Origin: an uncultured virus (IMG/VR IMGVR_UViG_3300030118_002829)
Lineage: Duplodnaviria > Heunggongvirae > Uroviricota > Caudoviricetes
IMG/VR virus record: IMGVR_UViG_3300030118_002829
Span: 1-64,000 of that record
Direction: 5' to 3' (one strand)
Length of the DNA stretch: 64,000 bases
Shown here: positions 38,435 to 48,106 of the stretch, piece by piece
How positions within the stretch are numbered: position 1 is the first letter of the stretch
Layout of the letters: each line of letters begins with the position of its first letter
Notes under the pieces: generated by a model
What the model saw: only the letters and a program-made list of their open reading frames with translations
Databases searched by the model: none
What the model was told of the DNA's origin: nothing
Made by a program: the position numbers and the translations under genes

Positions 38435-39967
38435 TTAGAGTTGTCCCTCCAATCTTTCAACTAGAGCGTTAATGTCACTCCAATCCATCTTTGCGATTTC
38501 ATCACCATTAGGAATGTTTAGTTCTGCAACTGCTTCTTCTTGCTTACGAATTACAGTTTCTTCTTCTGCCTTTAGGTTAGTAAGAAGGTCAGTAAATTGC
38601 TTTCTTAGTTCAGCGACTTCTGCTTTAGCATCATAGTTTGCTTTCTCGATTTCCTCAGTCTTAGCAACCATTTCAGCATCAAATCTTGCTTGGAATCCAG
38701 ACTTTACTTTCTCAAAAGCCATCTTCTCAAGTTGTTCTGCTTTAAATTCAGCGTAAGCCTTCTCCAAGTTTTCGGGAGATAGGTCAAGAGTAGATTGGTC
38801 TTCAAACTTAGCCATGTATTTACCATCCAATTGAGGATGAGGGTCATCTACATATTCACCTGCGTTACCTGCTTCTACTTGACCAGTAGCCAAATCTGGT
38901 CTTGACTTCTGTTCCATGTCATCAGCCATTTCCATGTCATCTTTCTTGTCACCAGTATCCATGTATTCTCCACCCATTCCTTTTTCTTCGGGGTGCATTC
39001 CTTTTTCATGCATACCTTTCTCATCTTCTTCCTTATCCATGTAAGTCTTTTCTTCTTCTTCTTTAGCGACCATTTCTGTTCCCTCGGATATTTTGTCATT
39101 TTTCTCTATGTTCTTTATAGTGTTTTCCGTAGATTTGTTCATTTGATTCATTCTATCACGATTAAACCTATCTACCATTCTTTGTAGTTCAGCCCTTTCA
39201 ATTATACCTCTACCTAATGCCTGTTCATACGGACCCATTGACACTTCGCCAGTGGTATTTTCCATATCGTCTTTCATAGCATCTATTACCTCTTTCTTTG
39301 TGTAATTCTTTCCGCTAGTCAATACTTCTAGGTATTGCATCTTTACTACGCTTTCATTATTGTATGCGGCATTTGCTTCATCCAATGTCTTGTTCAGTTC
39401 TTCTAGTGCTTTGCTTATTGCATCCATTTTATCACCTTTTTCCATTTTTAGTATGTCAAATTTGGCTTCGGGGTTAATTCCCTTTTCACAAATCGTTACT
39501 TCATGGAGTTCTAATTTGGAGATTTCATTATATTCTCCGTATTCTTTGTGGGTCTTCTTTCTCTTTTCTAAGGCTTGACCCCCAATACTAAATGAGCGTA
39601 GAGAACCATCTCTAATTTCTCTACCAACCTCTTTTGCTTTTTCTATGTCTTCTCTCATCTTAATGACAACAAAGAATCCAACATCATCTACTTCGGTCTT
39701 GTATAGTTTACCTGTTTTATCTCTATAACTAGGAATAACCTCTCCAACTTGAACATTAGAATGATTAGTCATTACATTTCTAAACTTGGTAATCTTCATG
39801 TATTTCTCTACTGCTTCTTGTAGAGCATCAAGGGTAATAAGGTCGTTCTGCTTATCTACCATTTCAATAGAAGCATATCCTCCAATGACTAAATTATTGG
39901 ATTTAAGAATAGTAAACGGGTCATTTCTAATTGCATTAATAGAAGGACTGGCAACTAAAGAACCCAT
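38435..39967 (-). CDS. Prohead protease fused to scaffolding domain
   Basis: IGGYAS.E.VDKQND, NH, SFSIGG, LHEVTICEKGINPEAKF (HK97-type protease); acidic coiled-coil C-terminal part. Confidence 0.9.
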   Translation of the reverse strand: MGSLVASPSINAIRNDPFTILKSNNLVIGGYASIEMVDKQNDLITLDALQEAVEKYMKITKFRNVMTNHSNVQVGEVIPSYRDKTGKLYKTEVDDVGFFVVIKMREDIEKAKEVGREIRDGSLRSFSIGGQALEKRKKTHKEYGEYNEISKLELHEVTICEKGINPEAKFDILKMEKGDKMDAISKALEELNKTLDEANAAYNNESVVKMQYLEVLTSGKNYTKKEVIDAMKDDMENTTGEVSMGPYEQALGRGIIERAELQRMVDRFNRDRMNQMNKSTENTIKNIEKNDKISEGTEMVAKEEEEKTYMDKEEDEKGMHEKGMHPEEKGMGGEYMDTGDKKDDMEMADDMEQKSRPDLATGQVEAGNAGEYVDDPHPQLDGKYMAKFEDQSTLDLSPENLEKAYAEFKAEQLEKMAFEKVKSGFQARFDAEMVAKTEEIEKANYDAKAEVAELRKQFTDLLTNLKAEEETVIRKQEEAVAELNIPNGDEIAKMDWSDINALVERLEGQL

Positions 39968-40004
39968 AACTATTCTTTTTTTACAATTTCTATATTACCT
40001 TTTC

Positions 40005-42488
40005 CTAAATTTTTAATTTAAAATCCTTATCTTCTCTAATGTCCCAAAGGCCATCGTCTGTTTCGGGGTCTACGGGTTTTTGTTCTATACCAGTCCAAGC
40101 GAGCCACCTATCCTTTCCTTCTACTGGTATAACTCTAACATGAAACTTAGTATCAAATTTATTTCCAGTTAATATGTATTCATGATAACCATGTCTCTGA
40201 ACTCCTAATTCTACTTTACCAGAATCTATGAGTTTACCAACTTCTATTTTCCTTACAACTTGTGCAGGGTATTTACCCGATTTACCAAATAGAGTAAAAA
40301 TATCATCTTCATTTTCTATTGCTATGTCCCAACCAATAGTTTCGTCTGATAATTTGAATAAGATAGAAAGATTACCATCGTCTTTATAATAAATTTTGAA
40401 ATCACCATTGCGATATTTATCGGGAGTTTTGTATTTAGATTTTAGAACATCCTTTTCTAGAATATCGGGTTCAGCAAAAAATAAATTCTTTTCTTTATCA
40501 TAACCAATATCTTCTAGATTTTTTAGATAATTCATTAATGCTTTAGGTTTACTATCAAAGATATTATTGTAAGGTTTCTTCTGTTTTTCATTGACAAAAT
40601 CTTCTATTTTAGAAAATGGAGATTCACCGTTCTCTAAAAGATAATTCCTAATTGATACTCTGAATGCTCCCTTTTCTCTTTTTATCAATTCTTCTATTTC
40701 TGTCTTCCAAACATCAATATCTAGTAAAGCATTCTTAGCCATCAGATTATTTTCTTCAAATCCATAAAATGTAAATCCATCTAAATCTGATTTGATAATG
40801 GCAGTAGCATTACCGTGAATAGTATCACTTATGCGAAATCCCTTCTCTAATGCTTCTATATCATAGTTGAGTGATTTCTTAGTATCTTGAGATAATAGGT
40901 CTAATGTAATCAGTTTTTCGGGAAGTTCGACTTCGGGTATTTCTATAACTTTAGCGGAAAATAAAGTATAGCCTTCATCATTTTTCTTTACTTCATCTAT
41001 CTTAACACGAATAATAGTTCCAACTTCAACATCTATTTTTGTGTTCAATGCTTTACCAACATTAAGATATTCTCTATCATTAATTGTCTTAGTATTAGAG
41101 TAAGTATCCTTATCTGTTAATGGACCTGCCCCTAGAGTATAGGTAAACATATTTGATTTAGTGGTTTTCTTATCTAAAACCATCATATCCAAATCTACAA
41201 ACTTTTTCCACTTAACCCATTTAGGATTTTTCTTAGTTCCTATAAAGTAAGTAGAAGTTACATCTTTTATCACTACTCCTTCAGCAGTAGGAATTTTCAT
41301 AATTTCTTTTGAGTATTCTTCGACTTCTTTCACAGAATCAGCATAGCGAGTATCTTTCTTAGAAGGGAACGCTAACTTCTCATGAGAATGGGTAGAATAA
41401 TTATTGAATAAAATAGTCATTCTTTCTATGAGTTCTTTCTCATGTAATTCTTCACTTTCATGTCTCATTATGTCGAATACATGCGCTCTCAATTCCGTAT
41501 CTGATTCTTTGTCTTTGAAGATTCTAGCAACTACCTCTGCTCGATGTAATGCTTCTTTACCCTTGAATAGTAAAAGTTCAGCATCTAAAATACAATCTCC
41601 GAAATGTTTGGCTTTCATTACCTTAACTTGTTCGGGACATTTCTTTGTAATGTCTTTGCCATTAAACGAGAATATCTTAACTTGGTTATCTATCTTATGA
41701 ATCTGAATTCGCATCCCATCGTATTTTTCTTGGACTACCCACTTTCCAGTGAATCCTCTTAATTGTTCTAAATCATCAATCTCAAATATTCGATACATTG
41801 GTTTGTTAGGAACCAAAAAATGTTCTTCGGCTTTCATAGCCTTTTCCAAACTAACAGTCTTATCCCAATTTTTACGACTGTGATGATTAACAAATACTTC
41901 CTCTAATAATTTTCTAGCACCTAGATATTTACCTTTGATTCTTTTTGTATCTTTATCATCACCATAATGCTCAACAATAAAATCTAAAATATCTTTTTCA
42001 GCAAGATTTAATCCCTTGAATCCTTCTGTAATATCATCGGGTTTCAAATCGTTTTTTTCCCATGCTTCATCACTAAGGGATTTGTCATGGTTTCTCATAG
42101 CCCAGTGTATAAACTTAGCAAACAAAGATTCGTTTTCCAACAACTCATCTAATACATCTTCTCCATATTTTACAGAGAACGGGTCCTTTACTATACCCGA
42201 TGAATATCTTAATTCCTTAACTTGAGAATATATCTTTCTAGCACTATCACTTTCTACATCTTCGGCTTCATCAGAAAATAATTCTTTTTCATTGATTATC
42301 TGTTTAATCTCTTTGCTAAATTCATCAATGTCATCCCATTGTTCTCTAAGAGTTTTAACTTCACTCGCCCATTTACTACCATATCTTTTCTTATCAGAAA
42401 GAGCAGATAAGTAAGACATTCTCATTTTTTCAAAGAATTGAATTACTCTAACAGTTAGAGGGTCATCTTTGATAACTGAGACAGGCAC
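40005..42488 (-). CDS. lig: ATP-dependent DNA ligase with N- and C-terminal extensions
   Basis: Motif I EKYDG, ILDAE, VFDI, EGVVIK, WVKWK, OB fold. Confidence 0.92.
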   Translation of the reverse strand: MPVSVIKDDPLTVRVIQFFEKMRMSYLSALSDKKRYGSKWASEVKTLREQWDDIDEFSKEIKQIINEKELFSDEAEDVESDSARKIYSQVKELRYSSGIVKDPFSVKYGEDVLDELLENESLFAKFIHWAMRNHDKSLSDEAWEKNDLKPDDITEGFKGLNLAEKDILDFIVEHYGDDKDTKRIKGKYLGARKLLEEVFVNHHSRKNWDKTVSLEKAMKAEEHFLVPNKPMYRIFEIDDLEQLRGFTGKWVVQEKYDGMRIQIHKIDNQVKIFSFNGKDITKKCPEQVKVMKAKHFGDCILDAELLLFKGKEALHRAEVVARIFKDKESDTELRAHVFDIMRHESEELHEKELIERMTILFNNYSTHSHEKLAFPSKKDTRYADSVKEVEEYSKEIMKIPTAEGVVIKDVTSTYFIGTKKNPKWVKWKKFVDLDMMVLDKKTTKSNMFTYTLGAGPLTDKDTYSNTKTINDREYLNVGKALNTKIDVEVGTIIRVKIDEVKKNDEGYTLFSAKVIEIPEVELPEKLITLDLLSQDTKKSLNYDIEALEKGFRISDTIHGNATAIIKSDLDGFTFYGFEENNLMAKNALLDIDVWKTEIEELIKREKGAFRVSIRNYLLENGESPFSKIEDFVNEKQKKPYNNIFDSKPKALMNYLKNLEDIGYDKEKNLFFAEPDILEKDVLKSKYKTPDKYRNGDFKIYYKDDGNLSILFKLSDETIGWDIAIENEDDIFTLFGKSGKYPAQVVRKIEVGKLIDSGKVELGVQRHGYHEYILTGNKFDTKFHVRVIPVEGKDRWLAWTGIEQKPVDPETDDGLWDIREDKDFKLKI

Positions 42489-42498
42489 ACATAATCAC

Positions 42499-42693
42499 CT
42501 ATTTCTTTTTGTTAGCACTAGCATAAACTCTTTCGCCAGCCTTTACATCTTGTCCTTTTGCTTCTTCAGCAAGATGACCAACTCCAAGTTCTTTGGTTAC
42601 TACCTTTTCGCCTTTTGTTCTTTTTAGTTTGACTTCTTCACCAACAACAAATTTCAGCAATTCATCCATGTATTCTTGTGTATATTTACTCAT
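42499..42693 (-). CDS. Hypothetical protein
   Basis: 64-aa ORF in head module. Confidence 0.6.
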   Translation of the reverse strand: MSKYTQEYMDELLKFVVGEEVKLKRTKGEKVVTKELGVGHLAEEAKGQDVKAGERVYASANKKK

Positions 42694-42694
42694 T

Positions 42695-42931
42695 TCATTC
42701 TCCTCCTAGTCTATCTACTAAATCGTTAATCTCATCCCAACTCATCTTAGCAATTGTATCCGAATCAGGAACATCACTATGAGGTCTGATTGCGGGAGTT
42801 GGAGAATCAACAGTGACAATACCCGACTTCATTAGGATATTGTCGTTACTGTAAACCGTGTTTTCTATTTTCTTTATTCTACTTACTAACTCTTTTAGCA
42901 AGTCTACCATTTCATTATTTTCTTCTGTCAT
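42695..42931 (-). CDS. Small protein sharing the scaffold C-terminal motif
   Basis: C-terminus IAKMSWDEINDLVDRL matches protease-scaffold IAKMDWSDINALVERL. Confidence 0.7.
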   Translation of the reverse strand: MTEENNEMVDLLKELVSRIKKIENTVYSNDNILMKSGIVTVDSPTPAIRPHSDVPDSDTIAKMSWDEINDLVDRLGGE

Positions 42932-43272
42932 TATTCATCATCCCTTAAACTTCTAGCACTTTTTGGATATACAACTTTTCTTACTTGGCGATACAACTGT
43001 TCGTATTGCTTACGAAGTTTGCTCGCAGTAGCGACCATATCAATATTCTGTTCGCTAATTGACTTTACTTTCTTTTTCATTTTAGAATCATCTTTGACCA
43101 AATCTAATTCACTCATCATGTCAATGAGTTCTCCTAACTTGGTAAAATCTTGACCGAAATATTCTGTGGGTTCAGCCGCTTGAAGTGTCTTTTTGAGTTG
43201 TTTCTTCTTTTTAGAATCAAGAGCATTGAGGATTTTACTTTCCTCTTTAATCAGCATATCTTCCCATGTCAT
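42931..43272 (-). CDS. Hypothetical coiled-coil protein with MTWEDMLIK N-terminus
   Basis: ATG at 43272 after AGGTGA SD. Confidence 0.7.
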   Translation of the reverse strand: MTWEDMLIKEESKILNALDSKKKKQLKKTLQAAEPTEYFGQDFTKLGELIDMMSELDLVKDDSKMKKKVKSISEQNIDMVATASKLRKQYEQLYRQVRKVVYPKSARSLRDDE

Positions 43273-43284
43273 ATTATTCACCTA

Positions 43285-43653
43285 TTAATACATAAAATCA
43301 GAAGCATCTTCTATTGTTATACTAGGACCCGTTTGTGAAGTAGAGTCTGTGACCTTAATTGAAACATCCTTTTCTAGTAGTTGTTTTACAGATTGCATGA
43401 CTTGGTTTGGGTCATTTTCTCCCAATAAATCTTTACCTAAAACTAATACCTTATTATCATAAATAGTGCTTTTAGATGGGTCTGCCAATATTATAAAATT
43501 ACCACCTTGTCTAATGTCTCTCATGCCTTGAGCCATACCCTTTTTGAAAATCTTCAGAGCGTTTCTAGATTCTTTAGGTAATCGCATAGTTCTAAACACA
43601 TCCATTATGCCCTTTTCAATAGTATCTAATTTTAATACATCTTCCCATGTCAT
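43285..43653 (-). CDS. Hypothetical protein with MTWEDVLK N-terminus
   Basis: 122-aa ORF. Confidence 0.7.
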   Translation of the reverse strand: MTWEDVLKLDTIEKGIMDVFRTMRLPKESRNALKIFKKGMAQGMRDIRQGGNFIILADPSKSTIYDNKVLVLGKDLLGENDPNQVMQSVKQLLEKDVSIKVTDSTSQTGPSITIEDASDFMY

Positions 43654-43657
43654 CTTA

Positions 43658-44731
43658 TCATCTCCTAACAGTTCTTCCTGCTCTCAAATCAGCCATCATC
43701 TCATCCACTCTTTCAGCCTCGGCTTCTCTTTCTTCAAAGGTTGGACCTTCTTCTTGTCTTGTAGGTCTTTCCGCTTCTCTTGCCTCAATAGCCCTTCTCA
43801 TAGCAGCATCTTCATCTGTTGCTAAACTCATCAATACATCCCTTCCATATGCATTAACCATATCCCAAATTTGATTTCTAGCATTTAGGATTTCTTTTTG
43901 TTGTTTAAGGTCGGCTAAAGTAACACCAGTGTTTTGTGAATATGCATAAAGTAAAGCATCAATAAAAGGTTCCTTGATTCTACCTTTTGTATGATGGTTG
44001 AATTCAGTAGGTTCATTGAGAAGATTGTAAACTTTTTCTCTTAATCTCTTAATATCAGACTGTTGCATTTCAGCAGTTTTCTCAGCATATTGAGTTCCTG
44101 CTAATCTTCTAAGTTGTGCAATATCGTATTTGTCTTTCATTACCCTTGATAAATTTATTTCAAAGTTATCATCGTGAATATAATCCCCATCAAAGTCTAA
44201 CTTAGCATCTTCAAGTGATTCTTTTAATCTAGTCAAAAGACCAATACCTTCCTTGAGTTGTTTATCCTCTTGGACTCTAGAAAAGGTAGTAGTTCCTCTT
44301 GGTTGAGTAGTCTTTTGTCTAGGTGTTTTCTGAGAAGCCATAATGTCTGTAAGTAAATCTTGGAGTCCAGTCATAATTGGTTTCATAATTGTAGGCTCGA
44401 TTTCACTACCTTTGATAGCGTTGATTAAAGCCCGAACATTTGTCTCTCTTACACTTCTAAGATAAGGGTCATCACTTTGTTTACCATCGGCAAATCCTAA
44501 CATCAAACTCTTTGGCGAACCTAGTTTATTCATATCAGTTTCACTATCTAATAGGTTTTGAATAGCAGTAAATAACTGATTAGACATTTTAGGCTGATTA
44601 GTCCTTTGCATACTTTCAAGAAGTTCTTTCCAAGTAGCACCATCTTGTTTTAGAATATCTTCTAAATAACACTTTAACATAATGAACGGGTCATTAGTTT
44701 TCAAAAGTTTTGCTTTTAGAAGTGTTCCCAT
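43658..44731 (-). CDS. Hypothetical protein, possible internal head protein
   Basis: 357-aa ORF; N-terminal LLKA/LLKT/ILKQ sites. Confidence 0.7.
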   Translation of the reverse strand: MGTLLKAKLLKTNDPFIMLKCYLEDILKQDGATWKELLESMQRTNQPKMSNQLFTAIQNLLDSETDMNKLGSPKSLMLGFADGKQSDDPYLRSVRETNVRALINAIKGSEIEPTIMKPIMTGLQDLLTDIMASQKTPRQKTTQPRGTTTFSRVQEDKQLKEGIGLLTRLKESLEDAKLDFDGDYIHDDNFEINLSRVMKDKYDIAQLRRLAGTQYAEKTAEMQQSDIKRLREKVYNLLNEPTEFNHHTKGRIKEPFIDALLYAYSQNTGVTLADLKQQKEILNARNQIWDMVNAYGRDVLMSLATDEDAAMRRAIEAREAERPTRQEEGPTFEEREAEAERVDEMMADLRAGRTVRR

Positions 44732-44740
44732 GTTATCGCC

Positions 44741-44962
44741 TCAAAAGAATGGAATGTTTTCTTTCTTTAGTTTCTTTCTTTTAGGATTATGAATAACATT
44801 AGGAACATCAGCAGTTTTAGGTTCGGGCCTATCCTTTTCCTTCTTTAGTTGCATAGGAGTTAAAATAGGTCTTGACTCTCTTGCTTTTTCTTTCTGTGCT
44901 AGAATCCTTTCGGCCCTAACAAGTTCTTTTCTCATTTTATTTGTTTCTTCTCTTGTTACCAT
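44741..44962 (-). CDS. Small basic protein
   Basis: ATG at 44962 next to portal stop. Confidence 0.6.
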   Translation of the reverse strand: MVTREETNKMRKELVRAERILAQKEKARESRPILTPMQLKKEKDRPEPKTADVPNVIHNPKRKKLKKENIPFF

Positions 44963-44963
44963 A

Positions 44964-46622
44964 TTAACCAACTCTCCTTTCTGTTCTTCTATCTACATTA
45001 TTATTAGCCGCTTCTTTGGGTAAACCTGTCGCCCGATTAGGAGGGCCTACGCTCATCCTAGGTTTAGGAGTTGCGCCTTTCACTTTAGCAGGTTGTCCTG
45101 CTTGTTCCATTGTAGGTTTAGTGCCAGCCTCCATCATTTGACCTAATTGTGATTGGTCAATATCAGTTCCCGCATAAGGGTCAGACTCAAACTTTTCATC
45201 CTCAGTTTCTTCTCCACCTTCTCCTTCGGGTTTAGGTTCGGGTTTGGAATAAATGAATTTGCCATTTTCATCCATATCAACCTCAAATCCTAAATTTTTA
45301 ATTTGACCAGCAATATTAACTTCAATCTCTCTCTTTCTCATTTTAGCGATTTCATCTTCTTCTTCAGATGGTGGTAGAATAATATCCCAATCAGTAATAC
45401 CAAATTGCCTAACTACAAATGGGAATACATATTTATTCCAAACATTTTGAGCCATTTCTACTGCTCTATTCGTAACAAGTATTTGCATACCCTCATTGTT
45501 TAATCCACCACTAGTAGAATTATCAGCCATGAAAATTTTACTTACACCATAGAAAGCAGCAACTCTGTCTCTCAAATCTTCCTTAACAGAAATGTAATCC
45601 ATTTCCTTTAGACTATCCATGAATTTAACCCACTCAACAGAACCTCTACCATTCTCAGCCTCTATTCCCATAACTGGAATAAAGTGAGCATCCTGTTCCA
45701 TCTTTTCTTTTACTCCTCTCCAAAAAGTTTTCATTGAATCTATATTTCTTGTTTGAACTGCTAATAGACCTCTAGGCATTCTAGCCTTCGTATATGCTTG
45801 ATTGATATAATTCTCCATAGCAATCAAAGTCGTTAGATGATTAAACATTGTAATGATAGGACTTGTTCCATAAAGTCTACTTGGTTTGTATTTACTAAAG
45901 TGTAAAACTTCTCCCTTGATAAAATTCTGAACATCTCCATGTCCTCTATTTACATAATGAACAGGATACAAGTCTCCACCACATTCACCACATTTCTCAT
46001 GAGGATTATCTGCAACTACATGTCTATGATGCAAACAGGTAAAGGATGAGGAACCTTTGTTACCATCATCGTCACAAACAATAGCCATAGTAACTGGGTC
46101 GCCACGATACATTTCTTTGATTCTATGCGCTCTAATATTGCCATTTCCATCAATGAAATATTCTTTGACCAATACTAGATATGCATCGTCCATAATATTA
46201 AGGTCATCTTCTAATTCTTTTAGAACATCAATAAACATCTGTTCAGATTGGTTAGCATAACTACTTCCCATGAATTTATCAGCATACATTTTTTGTTTTG
46301 CGTCAGGTTTTCTTAAATCGGTAGATTCACAATCTGCACATTGCATTGTTGTTTCTTCATGTTCCTTACCACAAGCATTACATTTTACCGCAAATCTAGG
46401 GGTCCACTGATAACCCCTTCTGAAGATTTCATTCTTCAATTGAGTAATACAGGTTCTAAGAATAACTGAACTATCAGCAATATGATAGATAATAGGACCA
46501 GTCATCTGTAATGGATGATGCCTCTCTTGTATTCCCATCTGGTAAACTTCTCTATCTTTGGGAACAGGAGTTGTTCTTCTAAAGAAATTAGTAATAGAAA
46601 ATCTTCTTCTTTCCTCCGTCAT
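44964..46622 (-). CDS. Portal protein with zinc-finger insertions
   Basis: DL..MDDAYL, EVLHF....PS..YGTSP, PRGLL, VAAFYGV portal motifs; CNAC..CADC and CLHH..CGEC inserts. Confidence 0.88.
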   Translation of the reverse strand: MTEERRRFSITNFFRRTTPVPKDREVYQMGIQERHHPLQMTGPIIYHIADSSVILRTCITQLKNEIFRRGYQWTPRFAVKCNACGKEHEETTMQCADCESTDLRKPDAKQKMYADKFMGSSYANQSEQMFIDVLKELEDDLNIMDDAYLVLVKEYFIDGNGNIRAHRIKEMYRGDPVTMAIVCDDDGNKGSSSFTCLHHRHVVADNPHEKCGECGGDLYPVHYVNRGHGDVQNFIKGEVLHFSKYKPSRLYGTSPIITMFNHLTTLIAMENYINQAYTKARMPRGLLAVQTRNIDSMKTFWRGVKEKMEQDAHFIPVMGIEAENGRGSVEWVKFMDSLKEMDYISVKEDLRDRVAAFYGVSKIFMADNSTSGGLNNEGMQILVTNRAVEMAQNVWNKYVFPFVVRQFGITDWDIILPPSEEEDEIAKMRKREIEVNIAGQIKNLGFEVDMDENGKFIYSKPEPKPEGEGGEETEDEKFESDPYAGTDIDQSQLGQMMEAGTKPTMEQAGQPAKVKGATPKPRMSVGPPNRATGLPKEAANNNVDRRTERRVG

Positions 46623-48106
46623 TCTTCCTCACTCCCTTGTGGCCCTTGATGTTCAAATAAATAATCACTGGCATCATCAAGGCTATCCCATTCATCATCA
46701 CTTAATTGATAAGATTCTACTATACCTTCTAGTTCATCTATTGCATCATCTACATCTGATTTAACAATATTTTCTAATTCATCCATAACACTCATTTTAT
46801 TATTCTCCTTATACTTCGCAATATTCTCTACATCAATATTGTCTTTTGTGAAATCATAATTTACATGGTCTGCATGATTAGCCCATTTCATCAACTTGAA
46901 CAATTCAGCCATTCTTTCTTTAGCCCACGGTTCCTTTTTATGATTCTTTTTGATTCTAATTAATTCAGTTAGAATATCAGCATTCTCACCTTTCATTCTA
47001 AAATAAGGGCGACACTTACTCAACAATTTAGTAATATCATCTTGTGAATAAAAATTTAATCTTTGAACGGCTCTAGTTGCTTGTGGAGATTTTTGGTCTA
47101 GATGTAGTTTACCACAACCTAATTCCTTGTGAAGTTCAGTAACGAATGCTTTACCTCTATTACCAGTAGCAATAATTCCAATTCTAGGATTATAATTTCT
47201 ATCCATTGTAATATATCCATCCGAATCAATAAATGCCGCAGTATAGGCATGAAGGTCTTTGATAATAGCATTAGGTAATTTATACAATTCACCATCAATA
47301 TTTGTTATTCCTAACTTTTGCGCTCTCTTAGCAATAATTTGAGGAGAAGCCCTACGATGTAATTTAGTAGGCAACTTATCATAAATTAATCTAGAAGAAA
47401 TACTCGGATTATCACAGACTTGTTTTAGGATATTATCATCCAATTGTTTAGAAATATTATACTTGATAACTTGACTTGGAATCTCAGTGACTATTTTCCT
47501 AAACTCTTTCTTTGCATTAGTCATTGTTTTCGTCAAAGACGAATATTCAGAATCATAAGTATTTCCTCTATGTAAATCGGCTTCCCAGTATTTACAAAGA
47601 ACATCTATAACTTCTCTCCTAGTATCTACATCTTTAATTGAATGAAGTTTCTTTAAGTCGTTTTCAGTATATCTCATATTTCTTAGTGGTATTTCATATG
47701 GAGATAACCAGTAAATAGATTTAATACAATTACTTAGATGATTACCATATTGAACAATTAAATTATCAATACCTTTTGTGAAACTTATTTTTTCTTCACC
47801 TTTCAAAGTTCTTCTATGTTTCTTTAACTGCTTAACAATATCAGGAATAGTCTTATTTTCAATCATGTATTGTTTTGGAAAAACATCTAACTTTGCTTTA
47901 GCCTCAGTAATATTAAGATTATATTTCTTTGATACGCTCATAGCCGCATCATAATCACTCATAATTGGGAGAGTGGATACCCATTTTTGCGCTTCCATTT
48001 GTTCTTTGATAGATTGTTTACGGTCTTCTAATTCGGCTAACTCCTCATGTTGTCTTGCCTTTTCTCGGAGTTTATCTCCTTCTTCACTTTTAGAAATTAA
48101 GCCCAA
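46619..48106 (-). CDS. Protein with C-terminal LAGLIDADG endonuclease-like domain
   Basis: YTAAFIDSDGYI motif, LGCG.L, L....PYFRMK; likely TTG start at 48106 after GGAGGTGG SD. Confidence 0.75.
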   Translation of the reverse strand: MGLISKSEEGDKLREKARQHEELAELEDRKQSIKEQMEAQKWVSTLPIMSDYDAAMSVSKKYNLNITEAKAKLDVFPKQYMIENKTIPDIVKQLKKHRRTLKGEEKISFTKGIDNLIVQYGNHLSNCIKSIYWLSPYEIPLRNMRYTENDLKKLHSIKDVDTRREVIDVLCKYWEADLHRGNTYDSEYSSLTKTMTNAKKEFRKIVTEIPSQVIKYNISKQLDDNILKQVCDNPSISSRLIYDKLPTKLHRRASPQIIAKRAQKLGITNIDGELYKLPNAIIKDLHAYTAAFIDSDGYITMDRNYNPRIGIIATGNRGKAFVTELHKELGCGKLHLDQKSPQATRAVQRLNFYSQDDITKLLSKCRPYFRMKGENADILTELIRIKKNHKKEPWAKERMAELFKLMKWANHADHVNYDFTKDNIDVENIAKYKENNKMSVMDELENIVKSDVDDAIDELEGIVESYQLSDDEWDSLDDASDYLFEHQGPQGSEEE

